From Fibrobacterota bacterium (GTDB lineage: Bacteria > Fibrobacterota > Fibrobacteria > UBA11236), in NCBI GenBank assembly GCA_947466585.1, contig CANIEU010000011.1:2285-66284 (forward strand): a stretch of 64,000 nt of DNA, in the 5' to 3' direction. The notes beneath the pieces were generated by a model. It saw nothing but the letters and a program-made list of their open reading frames with translations. It did not search any database and was not told the origin of the DNA. Each line of letters starts with the position of its first letter. Within the stretch, counting starts at the first letter, position 1. This document shows, one piece after another, positions 27,830 to 38,283 of the stretch. The position numbers and the translations under genes are program-made.

Positions 27830-30800
27830 AAGGCGATCTCGGGTTGAGGGGACTGCGCGAGTCGCGACGATCGCTGGCACCGAGCAAGCCGTTGTAGAGT
27901 CCGAAGGTGACGCCGAAGCGTACCCGCGTGACGGGCAGGTCGGTGCCGGCGAAGTGCACGAGATCGAGTTTCAGGAATCCGCCGTTGCCGTCGGGAAGTC
28001 CGGAGAGGGCGCGCGCGCCTTCGATGTAGGCGAGGAAGGGATAGTTGTGGTAGATGCGGGCGTTGACCTTGAGGCCGGCGCCGATGCTCTGGAACCAACC
28101 GGCCTGACGGTTGTCGATCTTCCACGCCGAGGGTGATGCGATGCCCGTTTTGAGGGCGGAACCGTTCCAGGCGCGGCCTGCCTCCCAGAAGGCGTTGACG
28201 TAGAGGTCTTCCACGAACACGACCCAATACCGTTTGTAGAGATCCGGGATCAAGGGCTGGTTGAGATCCGCGCTGAGGGCCATGGTGTTTTCGCCGCGCA
28301 AGGCGAGGTTCTCGATGTCGCGCAGGTAGGGGTAACCGCGCAGCATCAAACCTTTTTCGAAAAAGTCGGCGGTGGAATCGAAGCCGGAAGCTATGTGCTT
28401 GCGCGTGGGCAACCCGAACACGCTGGAAGAAAAGATCGAGGTGACGAGGGCGCTGTTTTTCGCCCACGGCATAGGTGTGCCGTAGGTGATACCGGCGTCG
28501 GCGTCCTGAAGCGTGTAGTGCTTATACTCGGGCGTCGCGACGCCGTTTTCGAATTTGAAGCAGTCGCTGGTGTAATCGCTTTCGCAGCCGAACAGATTGT
28601 TGCGGCTCACCGTATGGCTGAACACTGCCGCGAAACCCGAGGGGGCGACCAATCCCTTGTCGTTGTAATCGCTGCCGCGCAACACGAGCGTGGTGGTCAA
28701 ATACAACCGTTGGAAATAGGTGAACGAGAATCCCTGCCCGCCGCCGAGATCGTAAAAATTAAAATCGTTCCATCCATAGCCGGCGGCCACGCGCAGCAGG
28801 CTCGACTTGTCGGCTTCGCCCACGGTGGTGGCGTCGAAGAGGTCGTAAGCGGCCGAAGCCTCGATGCCGCGGAAGGTGAGCGCGTAGTTCTGACGGGCCT
28901 TGGCGCTGTCGCCGTTGCTGTTGATGTCGCGTGTGAGAATGGTGTCGTAGCTGGTGAGGTTGCCGCGGAAGAACGAGGCGCCGAGAGTGACCGGCGTGGC
29001 GTGGTTGGCGAGGGCGATGAAGAGTTGCGACTCTTTGTCGGGCGACACGAGCGCACTGTATTTGCCGAAGTATTTGTAGCCGTTGCCGATTTCGGCAAGC
29101 AACGCGCCGCTCAATTCGTTCTTGAGCACGGGGTCGGCGAGATAGCCGGAGGCGCCCGCCAGCCATTTGGTTTCGCCGTCTTCGGGAATCACGCCTTTGG
29201 TGCGGGTGGAGGCGATCGACTCCTGTCCGAAAATGATGGGTGTGAGCACGCCGCGCGTGGGCACGGGCGTATAGTCTTGGCCGCGCCCCGCGAAATCGAG
29301 CGGTTCGATGTAGGGCGGTTGCGGACGCGGGTCGCGCACGGCAACCGGCAGCGGGGGAGGCGTGGTCGCGCGCGCGGCGCTGTCTGCCAAGCCTTCGAGC
29401 AGGTAGACCGAGAAACCGTTCTTGTCGTAATTCACGTAGGCCAATTTGCCGCCGTCGGGCGAGATTGCGGGCGTGAAGGCGCCTCCGGCCACGTTGGTCA
29501 CGCGGATGTCTTTATCCGATTCGAACTCATGCCGGTAGATGTTGTAGATGCCGGTTTCGTCGGAGGAGAAGTAGAAGGACTTGCCGTCGGGCGACCAATC
29601 GGGGTCGCGCTCGTCGTGCGGGGCCGAGAGAACGGGACGGAAGCCGGTGCCGTTGGCATTGATGACGCCGATGTTGCGGGTTTCTCCGTTGAAGTACGAG
29701 AACAGGATGCGCTTGCCGTCGGGGGAGAACTTCGGCGAGTAGATGTTGAATCCGAAACGCCCCGCAAGCGAATCTTCGGGCGGGAAAATCGCCCGTGCGT
29801 CTTCGGGTTCGAGCGAGTCGCCCTCGGGAACAGGCGCGACGTATAAGCGGAAGTTCGAGGCACCGCCGCGGACGAAGGTGATGCGTTTGCCGTCGGCGCT
29901 GTAGCTGGCGTGCACCGCGTTGAAGTCGCGGGTGAAGCGCTTCTTGGTGGGATCCTTGCGTTCGAACAGGCCGGCCTTGCGGCGCAGGTTGCGTTGGAAC
30001 ACGTCGAGGGTGGGCATGCCGTTCGGATCGGGTTCCTTGGCGGAAGAGTACAGGAAGGTGCTGTCGTCGGCGGCCACGTCGAAGTAGCCGCGCGCCCCCG
30101 GGATCGCGGTGAAGCGATCCTCTTCGGATTTGGTGGTATCGGCGAGGGTCACGTGTCCGATGGTGGCCCGAAAGCTTTCGCTCCCGGCGTTGCTGAGGAA
30201 AAACAACCCCGTGCCCTTCGCATCCCAGTGCGGGTGGTAGTTGTAAAATCCTTTGGAGGTCAGCTTTTTGCCGTAAACCTGCGTGCCCAGCGCGCGCAAT
30301 TGCTCCGCATAGCGCTGGGTCAAATCGTTCTTCCACTCTTCGTGCACTTCGCGGTCCGATTTGCCGAGCACCCGTTCCATCGCGCCCGACAAGGTCTGGC
30401 GGTGGATACGGGAGTTTTCGGCCCAAAGCCGGATCAGGGCGTCGTCGCCGTAGCGCGCCGCGATGAAGCGGGTGAGGCCGAACCCCTGGGTGTACGGGCC
30501 GAGTTCGTATTCGAGTCCGTTGCCGGCAAACACGTCCATGCGCTCGATGGGCAATAACTTGTTTTCGAGCGCGGCGACGCGCAGCAACATGTCGCGATGC
30601 GAATCCCACGCGTCGAATCCGGCGCGCTCCGACTCGTATTGCGCCACGCCTTCGGCGAACCACGCAGGCTGGTTGATGAACGGCAGGATGGTCGAGAAGC
30701 TTCCCTGCACCGGCGCGTTGTAATAGTCTTCGTACCCGACCACCACGCCCTGCAGAAATGCAGGCAGCTTGGCGCCCGATTGGATCGAAACCAGATGCCC

Positions 30801-31193
30801 GAACTCGTGGGTTACCACATCGCGCAGCCAGTTGTGGGTACTGCGCACCGGAAAGTCCCAGTCGGTGGACCATACCGTCATGGTGTTCTGCAGGGAGTTG
30901 GCCCATCCGTTCGAGAAGATGTCATCGCGTACGATGAATTCCACCTTGTTCGGCAGCGGTGCATTGTAGCGCTTGATGATTACCGGAGCGACGGCCTCGG
31001 CGATACCGGCGATTTCGCCCGTGACCTCTTCCAGTTCACGGGGGTAATGAAAGCGGAAGTGGTCGGTTTCGACCGTCTGCCATCGGATGTTGGCCGCATT
31101 GCGGTTCAGGGTGCGTGCCGACGCGGTGGCGGGGTACAGAACCGAAAACGCCGCTAGGAGGTGCAGGCAGCGGCGTAGGTTGCGCGGAAACAT
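27813..31193 (-). CDS. Outer-membrane protein: gluzincin-like metallopeptidase domain + TolB/PD40 propeller + Omp85-like barrel
   Basis: Signal peptide, W.T.ET.HF, HEFGH..WFAEG.AQY, repeated P.WSPDGK, LRGY (Omp85 loop-6-like), C-terminal beta strands. Confidence 0.75.
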   Translation of the reverse strand: MFPRNLRRCLHLLAAFSVLYPATASARTLNRNAANIRWQTVETDHFRFHYPRELEEVTGEIAGIAEAVAPVIIKRYNAPLPNKVEFIVRDDIFSNGWANSLQNTMTVWSTDWDFPVRSTHNWLRDVVTHEFGHLVSIQSGAKLPAFLQGVVVGYEDYYNAPVQGSFSTILPFINQPAWFAEGVAQYESERAGFDAWDSHRDMLLRVAALENKLLPIERMDVFAGNGLEYELGPYTQGFGLTRFIAARYGDDALIRLWAENSRIHRQTLSGAMERVLGKSDREVHEEWKNDLTQRYAEQLRALGTQVYGKKLTSKGFYNYHPHWDAKGTGLFFLSNAGSESFRATIGHVTLADTTKSEEDRFTAIPGARGYFDVAADDSTFLYSSAKEPDPNGMPTLDVFQRNLRRKAGLFERKDPTKKRFTRDFNAVHASYSADGKRITFVRGGASNFRLYVAPVPEGDSLEPEDARAIFPPEDSLAGRFGFNIYSPKFSPDGKRILFSYFNGETRNIGVINANGTGFRPVLSAPHDERDPDWSPDGKSFYFSSDETGIYNIYRHEFESDKDIRVTNVAGGAFTPAISPDGGKLAYVNYDKNGFSVYLLEGLADSAARATTPPPLPVAVRDPRPQPPYIEPLDFAGRGQDYTPVPTRGVLTPIIFGQESIASTRTKGVIPEDGETKWLAGASGYLADPVLKNELSGALLAEIGNGYKYFGKYSALVSPDKESQLFIALANHATPVTLGASFFRGNLTSYDTILTRDINSNGDSAKARQNYALTFRGIEASAAYDLFDATTVGEADKSSLLRVAAGYGWNDFNFYDLGGGQGFSFTYFQRLYLTTTLVLRGSDYNDKGLVAPSGFAAVFSHTVSRNNLFGCESDYTSDCFKFENGVATPEYKHYTLQDADAGITYGTPMPWAKNSALVTSIFSSSVFGLPTRKHIASGFDSTADFFEKGLMLRGYPYLRDIENLALRGENTMALSADLNQPLIPDLYKRYWVVFVEDLYVNAFWEAGRAWNGSALKTGIASPSAWKIDNRQAGWFQSIGAGLKVNARIYHNYPFLAYIEGARALSGLPDGNGGFLKLDLVHFAGTDLPVTRVRFGVTFGLYNGLLGASDRRDSRSPLNPRSPFAARY

Positions 31194-31238
31194 GGGGTTA
31201 TAGTGTACAAAATGCGCTTCCCTGCGTACTTTGCGGGG

Positions 31239-32807
31239 GTGCCAAGTTTTACTGCGAGATACCACGAACTCACCAAATACCGCCCCGAGACCATCGACCG
31301 GCTTGGCGGGGTGCATTGGTCCGAGCAGCCCGAGCCGTTCAAGGACGCGCCCGAGGGGCGCAGCTTCGATTTGGTGCCGCATTTGCGTGAGATGCTCCGT
31401 GAGGCGGATTCTGCGCCCGATCCGCTGAACCCGTGGTTGCACGCCGGAGCGTCCCCGGCCCTGCCGGCCCTGGCGCGACTGTTGCATTGCACGCTCGGCC
31501 TCACCGCACGGCTGGTACATCAAGGTGAGGAAGGGGGTTCGGAAACCTTCCTGCGGGCCGCCCCGTCGGCAGGCGGCCTTTATCCCACCGAGACGTATGT
31601 CGTCGTCCGAAATTTCGCCGACTTACCCTCAGGCGTCTACCACTATCACGCTCTGCGTTCTGCGCTGATTCCCGTATGGGAGGGTGATTTTTTTGCCGAC
31701 CTGCACCACCATTTTCTCGGCGACGCGGCCGTGGGCGCTTCGGATTGCGTGGTGGTTTTCACCGGCATGTTCGCCCGCAGCGCGTGGCGCTATAAAGAAC
31801 GAGCCTATCGGCGCATCCTGCTCGACACCGGACACGCCGCCGCCAACCTTCTGGAGATGGCGCAGTCCATGCGTCTCGACGCAGTGCCCCTCGGGGGATT
31901 TTACGACGAGGGGATCGAGGAACTTTTGTTTTTGGGCCGCAAAGAGGAATTTCCCCTGCTCGGGATGGCCTTGGGGCCCGCGGGAAGTTTGGCCCTCGGC
32001 ATGGGGAAAACCGGGGAGGGCCCGGCTCAACATCCGGGGCCCCCGCCTGAAATCGCCGTGATGCGCGCCGAACCCAACGATTCGATGCAGGTGCAGCAAA
32101 ACGCCTGTGAACGCATCATAGCAGGCGAATTCGTGCGTCCCGCAATTACGTCTGCCCCGCCTGCCGCGGAGAACGTGGCACATCCGCCTGCAGGTGCTGC
32201 GCATGCCACGCTCGAAACACCGGAAGGCGAAGAATCCTACGACCCCCAAGCGGCGCTGCTCACGCGGCGTTCGGCGCGTCAATTCAACGGCGGTTCGCTC
32301 TCACGGCGTGACTTGGAGGAAACTCTTCGCTTCGCGTTTCGGCCAAGTCCGGGTTCCGACCCTTCCTCGCCGGGCCTGTCCGCACCGTTGCTCACGCGCG
32401 ACGTCATCACCTTCCACCTGATCGTATTCGCGATCGAAGGAATTCTGCCGGGCGTTTACACCTTGGACCCCGTCACCCTGGAGCGCACCCTGCGCCGCGA
32501 AGGTGATTTTCGGGCCGATCTGCAAGCGATCGCCTTGGGCCAAAATCTCGCCTTCGACTGCGCGTTCGCCCTGGTGTACACTGCAGACATGGAAGCGCTG
32601 GTTTCGGCCTATGGCGATCGCGGTTATCGCTATGCCTGCATGGATTGCGGCGTAATCGGCGAACGCATCCAGCTGTGGGCGGTGCATCGCGAACTGGGCT
32701 CTTCGGGTATCGGCGGCTATTACGACGATCTCGCCAACGAGTTGCTGGAGCTGCCCCTCTCTCACGGTGTACTGTATCTCACCGTGACGGGTGTGCCAGA
32801 GGAGTAG
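31239..32807 (+). CDS. SagB/ThcOx-family FMN dehydrogenase with tandem nitroreductase domains
   Basis: YHELTKY, LRAAPSAGGLYP.E.Y, WRYKERAYR..LLDTGH; second domain RRS.R, YGDRGYRY, SGIGGYYDD. Start is GTG 31239 or ATG 31212. Confidence 0.85.
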   Translation: MPSFTARYHELTKYRPETIDRLGGVHWSEQPEPFKDAPEGRSFDLVPHLREMLREADSAPDPLNPWLHAGASPALPALARLLHCTLGLTARLVHQGEEGGSETFLRAAPSAGGLYPTETYVVVRNFADLPSGVYHYHALRSALIPVWEGDFFADLHHHFLGDAAVGASDCVVVFTGMFARSAWRYKERAYRRILLDTGHAAANLLEMAQSMRLDAVPLGGFYDEGIEELLFLGRKEEFPLLGMALGPAGSLALGMGKTGEGPAQHPGPPPEIAVMRAEPNDSMQVQQNACERIIAGEFVRPAITSAPPAAENVAHPPAGAAHATLETPEGEESYDPQAALLTRRSARQFNGGSLSRRDLEETLRFAFRPSPGSDPSSPGLSAPLLTRDVITFHLIVFAIEGILPGVYTLDPVTLERTLRREGDFRADLQAIALGQNLAFDCAFALVYTADMEALVSAYGDRGYRYACMDCGVIGERIQLWAVHRELGSSGIGGYYDDLANELLELPLSHGVLYLTVTGVPEE

Positions 32808-32909
32808 GAGGTCGCCGGGCTGCGGGCGGCGCCGGTGGCCCATACCCCGGCCTTCGCGGGGGCAGGCTATACGCGAGACGCAGGCGCCCTGTCTTATCTT
32901 TACCGCCTC

Positions 32910-34346
32910 ATGCAACTCCGCCTCTACAATACCGCCGCCCGCGCCAAGCAGCCCTTCGAATCCCTCACGCCCGGGATCGTCAAGATGTACTGCTGCGGCC
33001 CCACGGTGTATCACTTCGCACATATCGGCAACCTGCGCACCTACGTGTTCGAGGATTTGCTGCGTCGCACGCTGGAAGCAGCCGGGTATACCGTACAACA
33101 TGTGGTGAACATCACCGACGTAGGCCACCTCACCTCCGATGCCGATACCGGCGAAGACAAGATGGAGAAGGGTGCGCGCCGCGAGGGCAAAACGGTGTGG
33201 GACATCGCGGACTACTACGCGCAGGCCTTCTTCAAAGACTGGAAGGCGCTCGGGTTGATCGAACCCACGGCGTGGCCCAAGGCCACCGGCCACATTCCCG
33301 AACAGATCGCGCTGATTCAGGAGCTGGAGAAAAAGGGTTTTACTTACACCGTTCCCGGCGACGGGATTTACTTCGACACCGCGAAGTTTCCGCGTTATCC
33401 GGAATTCGCTGGCCTCGACATCGAGGGTATGCAGGCCGGCGCGCGCGTGGCGATGAACGAGGGCAAACGCAGTCCCACCGATTTTTCGTTGTGGAAGTTC
33501 TCCCCGAAGGACGCGCAGCGGCAGATGGAATGGGACTCTCCGTGGGGCCGCGGTTTTCCCGGCTGGCACGTGGAGTGCTCGGCCATGGCGATGAAACTGC
33601 TCGGCGAAACGTTGGACATCCACTGCGGCGGCACCGACCACATCCGCGTGCATCACACCAACGAGATCGCGCAATCGGAGTGCGCCACCGGAAAACCCTT
33701 CGCCCGATTCTGGATCCACGGCGGCTGGCTGCTCGAAGCGCCGGAAGAATCCGCCGGCGGAAAACAGGGCGGCGGTAAGATGTCCAAGTCGGCCGGCGAA
33801 TTCATCACGCTCGACGTGCTGATCAACCAGGGGTACTCGGCGATGGATTATCGCTACTTCTGCCTCACCGCACATTACCGCAATTACCTGAACTTCAGTT
33901 ATCATGGCATGGACACCGCGCGCGACTCGCTGCGCAACCTCCGCAAGCGCACCGATCCGCTTATCGGCAATGCCGCCTCGATTCACTCCGATCGCGCCGC
34001 GGCCTGGCACGAGCGCTTTTTGGAAGCCGTGGGCGACGACTTGAACTTCCCGCAGGCTCTGGGTATTCTGAACCTGATGCTGAAGGATCCTGATTTGCTC
34101 GAGGGGGAGCGCGCCGGACTGGTCGTCGCTTTCGACAAACTCCTCGGTCTGAAACTCACTGAAGCCGAGGCGCCGGCGGCTTCTGCCGATCTTCCTGCAG
34201 AACTGGTTTCGCTCCTCCCGGAACGCGCAGAAGCCCGCAAGAACAAGGATTGGGCGCGCAGCGATGCGATCCGCGATCAGTTCCGCGCGGCCGGATTCGT
34301 GCTCAAGGACAATCCCGACGGCACGGTGGGGTGGACGAAAGGGTGA
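32910..34346 (+). CDS. cysS: Cysteine--tRNA ligase
   Basis: CGPTVY, HIGN, PGWHVECSAM, HH.NEIAQ, KMSKS. Confidence 0.97.
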   Translation: MQLRLYNTAARAKQPFESLTPGIVKMYCCGPTVYHFAHIGNLRTYVFEDLLRRTLEAAGYTVQHVVNITDVGHLTSDADTGEDKMEKGARREGKTVWDIADYYAQAFFKDWKALGLIEPTAWPKATGHIPEQIALIQELEKKGFTYTVPGDGIYFDTAKFPRYPEFAGLDIEGMQAGARVAMNEGKRSPTDFSLWKFSPKDAQRQMEWDSPWGRGFPGWHVECSAMAMKLLGETLDIHCGGTDHIRVHHTNEIAQSECATGKPFARFWIHGGWLLEAPEESAGGKQGGGKMSKSAGEFITLDVLINQGYSAMDYRYFCLTAHYRNYLNFSYHGMDTARDSLRNLRKRTDPLIGNAASIHSDRAAAWHERFLEAVGDDLNFPQALGILNLMLKDPDLLEGERAGLVVAFDKLLGLKLTEAEAPAASADLPAELVSLLPERAEARKNKDWARSDAIRDQFRAAGFVLKDNPDGTVGWTKG

Positions 34347-34369
34347 TTCTTCGGAGTCTGTTCTTCGTT

Positions 34370-34479
34370 CAACACGGCAGCACAACAACACAGCAATAGA
34401 ACAATGGAACAATAGAGCGCACCGTCGATTTACGGGGTCTTTTATTGTTGTGATGCTGTGTTCCTGTTTTGTTGTCTTG
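34370..34479. repeat. Degenerate inverted octamer-array element (CAAyAsAr)n ... complement
   Basis: Six 8-mers at 34370-34417 and five complementary-type 8-mers at 34440-34479, between convergent genes. Confidence 0.55.
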
Positions 34480-34484
34480 AACCG

Positions 34485-35546
34485 TCAGCCCAAAATTCCC
34501 TGTAGCTCTTCCCTGTTGTCGCGCAGCCATCGGAAGGTTTCTTCCAGAATATCCGGCACGGCGCGCGTCGGCGTCCAGCCCGTGGCGGCGGACACAGCGG
34601 TGTTATCGGTCACATACCACGGCACATCCGAAGAATGTGTTTCCGCAACGGAACCGAGCGTCTTTGGGCTACCCGAAAGCTCTGCGCACAAGTTTGTGAG
34701 TTCTCGCAGCGAAACGCTGTTGCCCGCGCCTCCGCCCACGTTGTAAACCTTTCCCGAGTGCCGGGCGCCGTCCGCCAACTGGGCGCGGATCAAGGAATAC
34801 AGATCTTCGATATGCAGAATGTCGCGCACTTGTTTGCCGGTTCCGCCGAAGCCTTGGTAGCCGAGTTCGCCGCCATAGGTGAACCGCGCGGCCCACAAGG
34901 CTACGAAGCCTTGATCGACCTTTCCCATTTGCCACGGACCCGCGAATACGCCGCAGCGGTTCACGATCGCGGTCATTCCGAAGGCTGCAGCGTATTCGCG
35001 CACCACCACCTCGGCAGCCAGCTTGGTGGAGCCGTAGAGGGTGCGCGGGCCTTCCAGAGGAAAGTCCGCGGTGATGCCCTCTTCCGACCACCCGGTTCCC
35101 GAGAGGCCTGCGGGCAAGAAAAGACGCTCCGCGCCTTCTTCGAGCGGAAGTGCGCGCAACGCGGCGATGGGATACACGCGGCTGGTGGAAAGCAGTACAA
35201 AGCGCGCGCCGCGGGTGCGGGCGAACTCCAGGCAATTCAGCGTTCCCGTCAGGTTGGTGTCGACGAGATACATCGGATCGGCGTAGCCCGCGCGCGCCGA
35301 AGGTTCCGCGGCGCAATCGAGCACCAGGTCGGCCTCTTTCACTGCCTCCAGATCGGCGCGCACGCGCACATCGCCGCGTAAAAATTCCACCCCACCCATC
35401 GCAAGACGCGCAGGTGCGAGTTCGGATCCTTTCCGGACCAGATTGTCGAAGGCGATCACCCGATCAGCGGGATGTTCGCGCTTCCAAAGAAGCGCCAGGT
35501 GGGAACCGGCGAAGCCCGCGCCGCCGGGAATCAGGATGGTGGACAT
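34485..35546 (-). CDS. NAD-dependent epimerase/dehydratase (CDP-paratose 2-epimerase-like)
   Basis: GGAGFAG, STSRVY, YGSTK, QMGKVDQG, GKQVRD.LH. Confidence 0.88.
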   Translation of the reverse strand: MSTILIPGGAGFAGSHLALLWKREHPADRVIAFDNLVRKGSELAPARLAMGGVEFLRGDVRVRADLEAVKEADLVLDCAAEPSARAGYADPMYLVDTNLTGTLNCLEFARTRGARFVLLSTSRVYPIAALRALPLEEGAERLFLPAGLSGTGWSEEGITADFPLEGPRTLYGSTKLAAEVVVREYAAAFGMTAIVNRCGVFAGPWQMGKVDQGFVALWAARFTYGGELGYQGFGGTGKQVRDILHIEDLYSLIRAQLADGARHSGKVYNVGGGAGNSVSLRELTNLCAELSGSPKTLGSVAETHSSDVPWYVTDNTAVSAATGWTPTRAVPDILEETFRWLRDNREELQGILG

Positions 35547-35573
35547 AATGAAAAAGGTACTGCCCGTGCGGGG

Positions 35574-36332
35574 TTATCGCGCACCGCTGTTCGACCCGTT
35601 CCGTTCGCTATGGTAATCCTGCGCGCACAACCATTTCTCAATCAGGCAATACAGGATGATGAAGAGGTAGCGGCTGCCCATTTCCTTGATCTTGAGTTTC
35701 GATTCGCCATGCGACCGGCCGCGCCAGGCGTTGGGCAATACCGCATAGGAATACCCCCGGATCATGGCCTTGAGGGGCAGCTCCACCGTCAGGTTGAAGT
35801 GGTGGCTCAGGAACGGCCGCAATCCGGCGAGCACGTGCGCGCGGTACATTTTGAAGGCGTTGGTGGTATCGTTGTATCGCAGGCCGAAAAGCAGCCGGAT
35901 CATGGAATTGACGATGCGGTTGAGGATGCGTTTGGGCACCGGATATCCGGTCACGCGCGCGCCGGGCGCAAAGCGAGTTCCGAAGACGCAATCATATCCT
36001 TCGAGCAGTTTGCGGTAGAAACGCACCACGTCCTCGGGTGCGTCGGAGCCGTCGGCCATCACCACCGCCACCGCATCGCCCTGTGCCGCCTCGATGCCCG
36101 CGCGCACGGCGAGCCCGAACCCGTGCGGCGGCGCGTTGTCGATCGGGCGAAGCACGGGAATCTCCAAGGCGAGCGCGCGAGACACGGCCGCGGTTTCATC
36201 ACGGCTGCCATCGTTGACCACCACGATTTCATGGGGGATACCGTCGGCTTGCAGCGCCGTATGCAGATCGCGCACGGTTCTCGGAAGCGAGCCGGCTTCG
36301 TTGCGCGCGGGGATGACGAGGGTTAGCAGCAT
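35574..36332 (-). CDS. Glycosyltransferase family 2 (DPM1-like polyprenol-phosphate glycosyltransferase)
   Basis: IPARNE, VNDGS.D.T, MADGSD, DTTNAFK. Confidence 0.88.
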   Translation of the reverse strand: MLLTLVIPARNEAGSLPRTVRDLHTALQADGIPHEIVVVNDGSRDETAAVSRALALEIPVLRPIDNAPPHGFGLAVRAGIEAAQGDAVAVVMADGSDAPEDVVRFYRKLLEGYDCVFGTRFAPGARVTGYPVPKRILNRIVNSMIRLLFGLRYNDTTNAFKMYRAHVLAGLRPFLSHHFNLTVELPLKAMIRGYSYAVLPNAWRGRSHGESKLKIKEMGSRYLFIILYCLIEKWLCAQDYHSERNGSNSGAR

Positions 36333-36364
36333 GGGCGAAGTGTGTGCAGGCGTCGTTGCAACGG

Positions 36365-37420
36365 TCAGGCGGAATGCGCCGCGAGAATTTCGGAAACGAG
36401 ACGCCGCAAATCATATTCCTGTCGCCACCCCGGATAATCGTTCCGGAATTTGCGCGTGTCGCTGATCCACCAGATGTGGTCGCCGCCACGGTTCTCGGGG
36501 GAGAGTCGATACCGAAGCTCTCGACCTGAAAGCTCCGCGATGAGGTCGATGGCCTCCAGGATCGAGCAATTGCTTTGGCGTCCGCCGCCCATGTTGTACA
36601 CCGCTCCCGGCACGGGCCGCTCATAAAAATTCCAGAACGCCGAAACCAGATCGGCGCTGTGGATGTTGTCCCGCACTTGTTTGCCTTTGTACCCGTGGAT
36701 CACGTAATCGCGCCCGGCCACCGCACACTTCACGAGGTAGGCGAGAAAGCCGTGCAGCTCGGCCCCCGAATGCGCGGGACCCGTCAAGCAACCGCCGCGG
36801 AACACGCCGGTCTTCATGCCGAAGGCGCGTCCGTATTCCTGCACCATCACGTCGGCTGCCAGTTTCGATACGCCGAACAAACTGTGGCGGGATTGGTCGA
36901 TGCGCAAACCCTCGTCGATCCCGTGGCGGTGATAGGGGTGACCCGCGTCGATTTCAAAGCGGGTCTCCGTTTCCACCAGCGGCAGTTCGTTGGGCGCGTC
37001 GCCGTAGACCTTGTTCGTGCTCGTGAAGACGAACACCGCATCCGGCGCATGCTTGCGACATGCTTCGAGCAAATGCAGCGTTCCAGTGGCGTTCACGTGA
37101 AAGTCGGTCAGCGGGTCGCGCGCCGCCCAGTCGTGAGAGGGCTGTGCGGCGGCATGCACCACGATTCGGATCGCCGCACCGTAGTGCGCGAACAGTGCCT
37201 CAACCGCGGCTGCGTCGCGGATGTCGAAATCGTGATGGACATAACGCGGCAGGTCGCGCTGCAGGCGTTCCCGGTTCCACAAGGTGGAACCGTCGGGACC
37301 GAAAAAGGTTTCGCGGAGATTGTTGTCCACCCCGACCACGTCGAAACCCTTGTCGTGTAGGAAGCGGGCGGCTTCGCTGCCGATCAGGCCGGTGGATCCC
37401 GTGACGATGGCAACGCTCAT
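36365..37420 (-). CDS. NAD-dependent epimerase/dehydratase (CDP-paratose 2-epimerase-like)
   Basis: [37 protein letters not shown]. Confidence 0.88.
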   Translation of the reverse strand: MSVAIVTGSTGLIGSEAARFLHDKGFDVVGVDNNLRETFFGPDGSTLWNRERLQRDLPRYVHHDFDIRDAAAVEALFAHYGAAIRIVVHAAAQPSHDWAARDPLTDFHVNATGTLHLLEACRKHAPDAVFVFTSTNKVYGDAPNELPLVETETRFEIDAGHPYHRHGIDEGLRIDQSRHSLFGVSKLAADVMVQEYGRAFGMKTGVFRGGCLTGPAHSGAELHGFLAYLVKCAVAGRDYVIHGYKGKQVRDNIHSADLVSAFWNFYERPVPGAVYNMGGGRQSNCSILEAIDLIAELSGRELRYRLSPENRGGDHIWWISDTRKFRNDYPGWRQEYDLRRLVSEILAAHSA

Positions 37421-37642
37421 GGTGGCGGGGAATGTATGAAATGGCGGAAGAAACCGCAGGGCGCGCAGGGCGCACACGGCGGGCCTGACCGGTGCAGAAT
37501 CCGTCCCAACCGCTCCTCCCTGCTATGCGGGGCGCCCAAGCCACCCTTCTGTTCCATCCCGCGCGCTTTGATTTGCAACAGTTTCCACACCCTGCCCCCC
37601 GATGTATCTTATCCTTCCAAACATTGACTGTGAGGCGATTTC

Positions 37643-38251
37643 ATGCGCGACATCCGACTGGACGACGAGAAGGAAAAAGAAGAGAAGAAAGAGAAGGACG
37701 AAGGCCAGCCTCTGGCGAAAGAAATCGCCGAATCCTTCATCAAGCAACGCAAGATTTTCCTCTGGTCGCCCGTCGAAGACGAAAGCGCCGAGCGCATCGT
37801 CAAGCAGTTCCTGTATCTCGACTCCAAAAACCACGATGAGATCACTCTGTACATCAACAGCCCCGGCGGCGTGGTGTCCTCAGGCCTCGCCATCTATGAC
37901 GTGATGCAGGCCGTGAAGTCGCCCGTCTCCACCGTGGTATGCGGTCAGGCCGCCAGCTTCGGCGCCGTGTTGCTCGCCGCCGGCAACAAAGGTCGTCGCT
38001 ACGCTTGGCCCAACTCGCGGGTGATGATCCACCAGCCGCTGATCTCGGGCCACATGTTCGGCCCCGCCTCCGACATCGAAATCCAGGCCGAAGAGATGCT
38101 GCGCATCCGTCAGACGCTCAACAAGATCCTCTCGCACCATAGCGGAAATTCCGTGGACAAGATCGAACTTGACACCGATCGCGACAACCACATGACCGCC
38201 GAGCAAGCCAAGGCCTACGGCCTTGTCGACCTCATCGAAACCCGTTTCTAA
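37643..38251 (+). CDS. clpP: ATP-dependent Clp protease proteolytic subunit
   Basis: YINSPGG, AASFG (catalytic Ser), MIHQP, DRD. Confidence 0.95.
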   Translation: MRDIRLDDEKEKEEKKEKDEGQPLAKEIAESFIKQRKIFLWSPVEDESAERIVKQFLYLDSKNHDEITLYINSPGGVVSSGLAIYDVMQAVKSPVSTVVCGQAASFGAVLLAAGNKGRRYAWPNSRVMIHQPLISGHMFGPASDIEIQAEEMLRIRQTLNKILSHHSGNSVDKIELDTDRDNHMTAEQAKAYGLVDLIETRF

Positions 38252-38283
38252 CCTCCCTGCGAGCGGTTCCGTCGTCCTGATCC

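Noticed and set aside
31239-32807. SagB-like gene as a RiPP (azole) cluster
   Set aside because: No YcaO, precursor peptide or transporter is nearby; it is a stand-alone tandem nitroreductase type.
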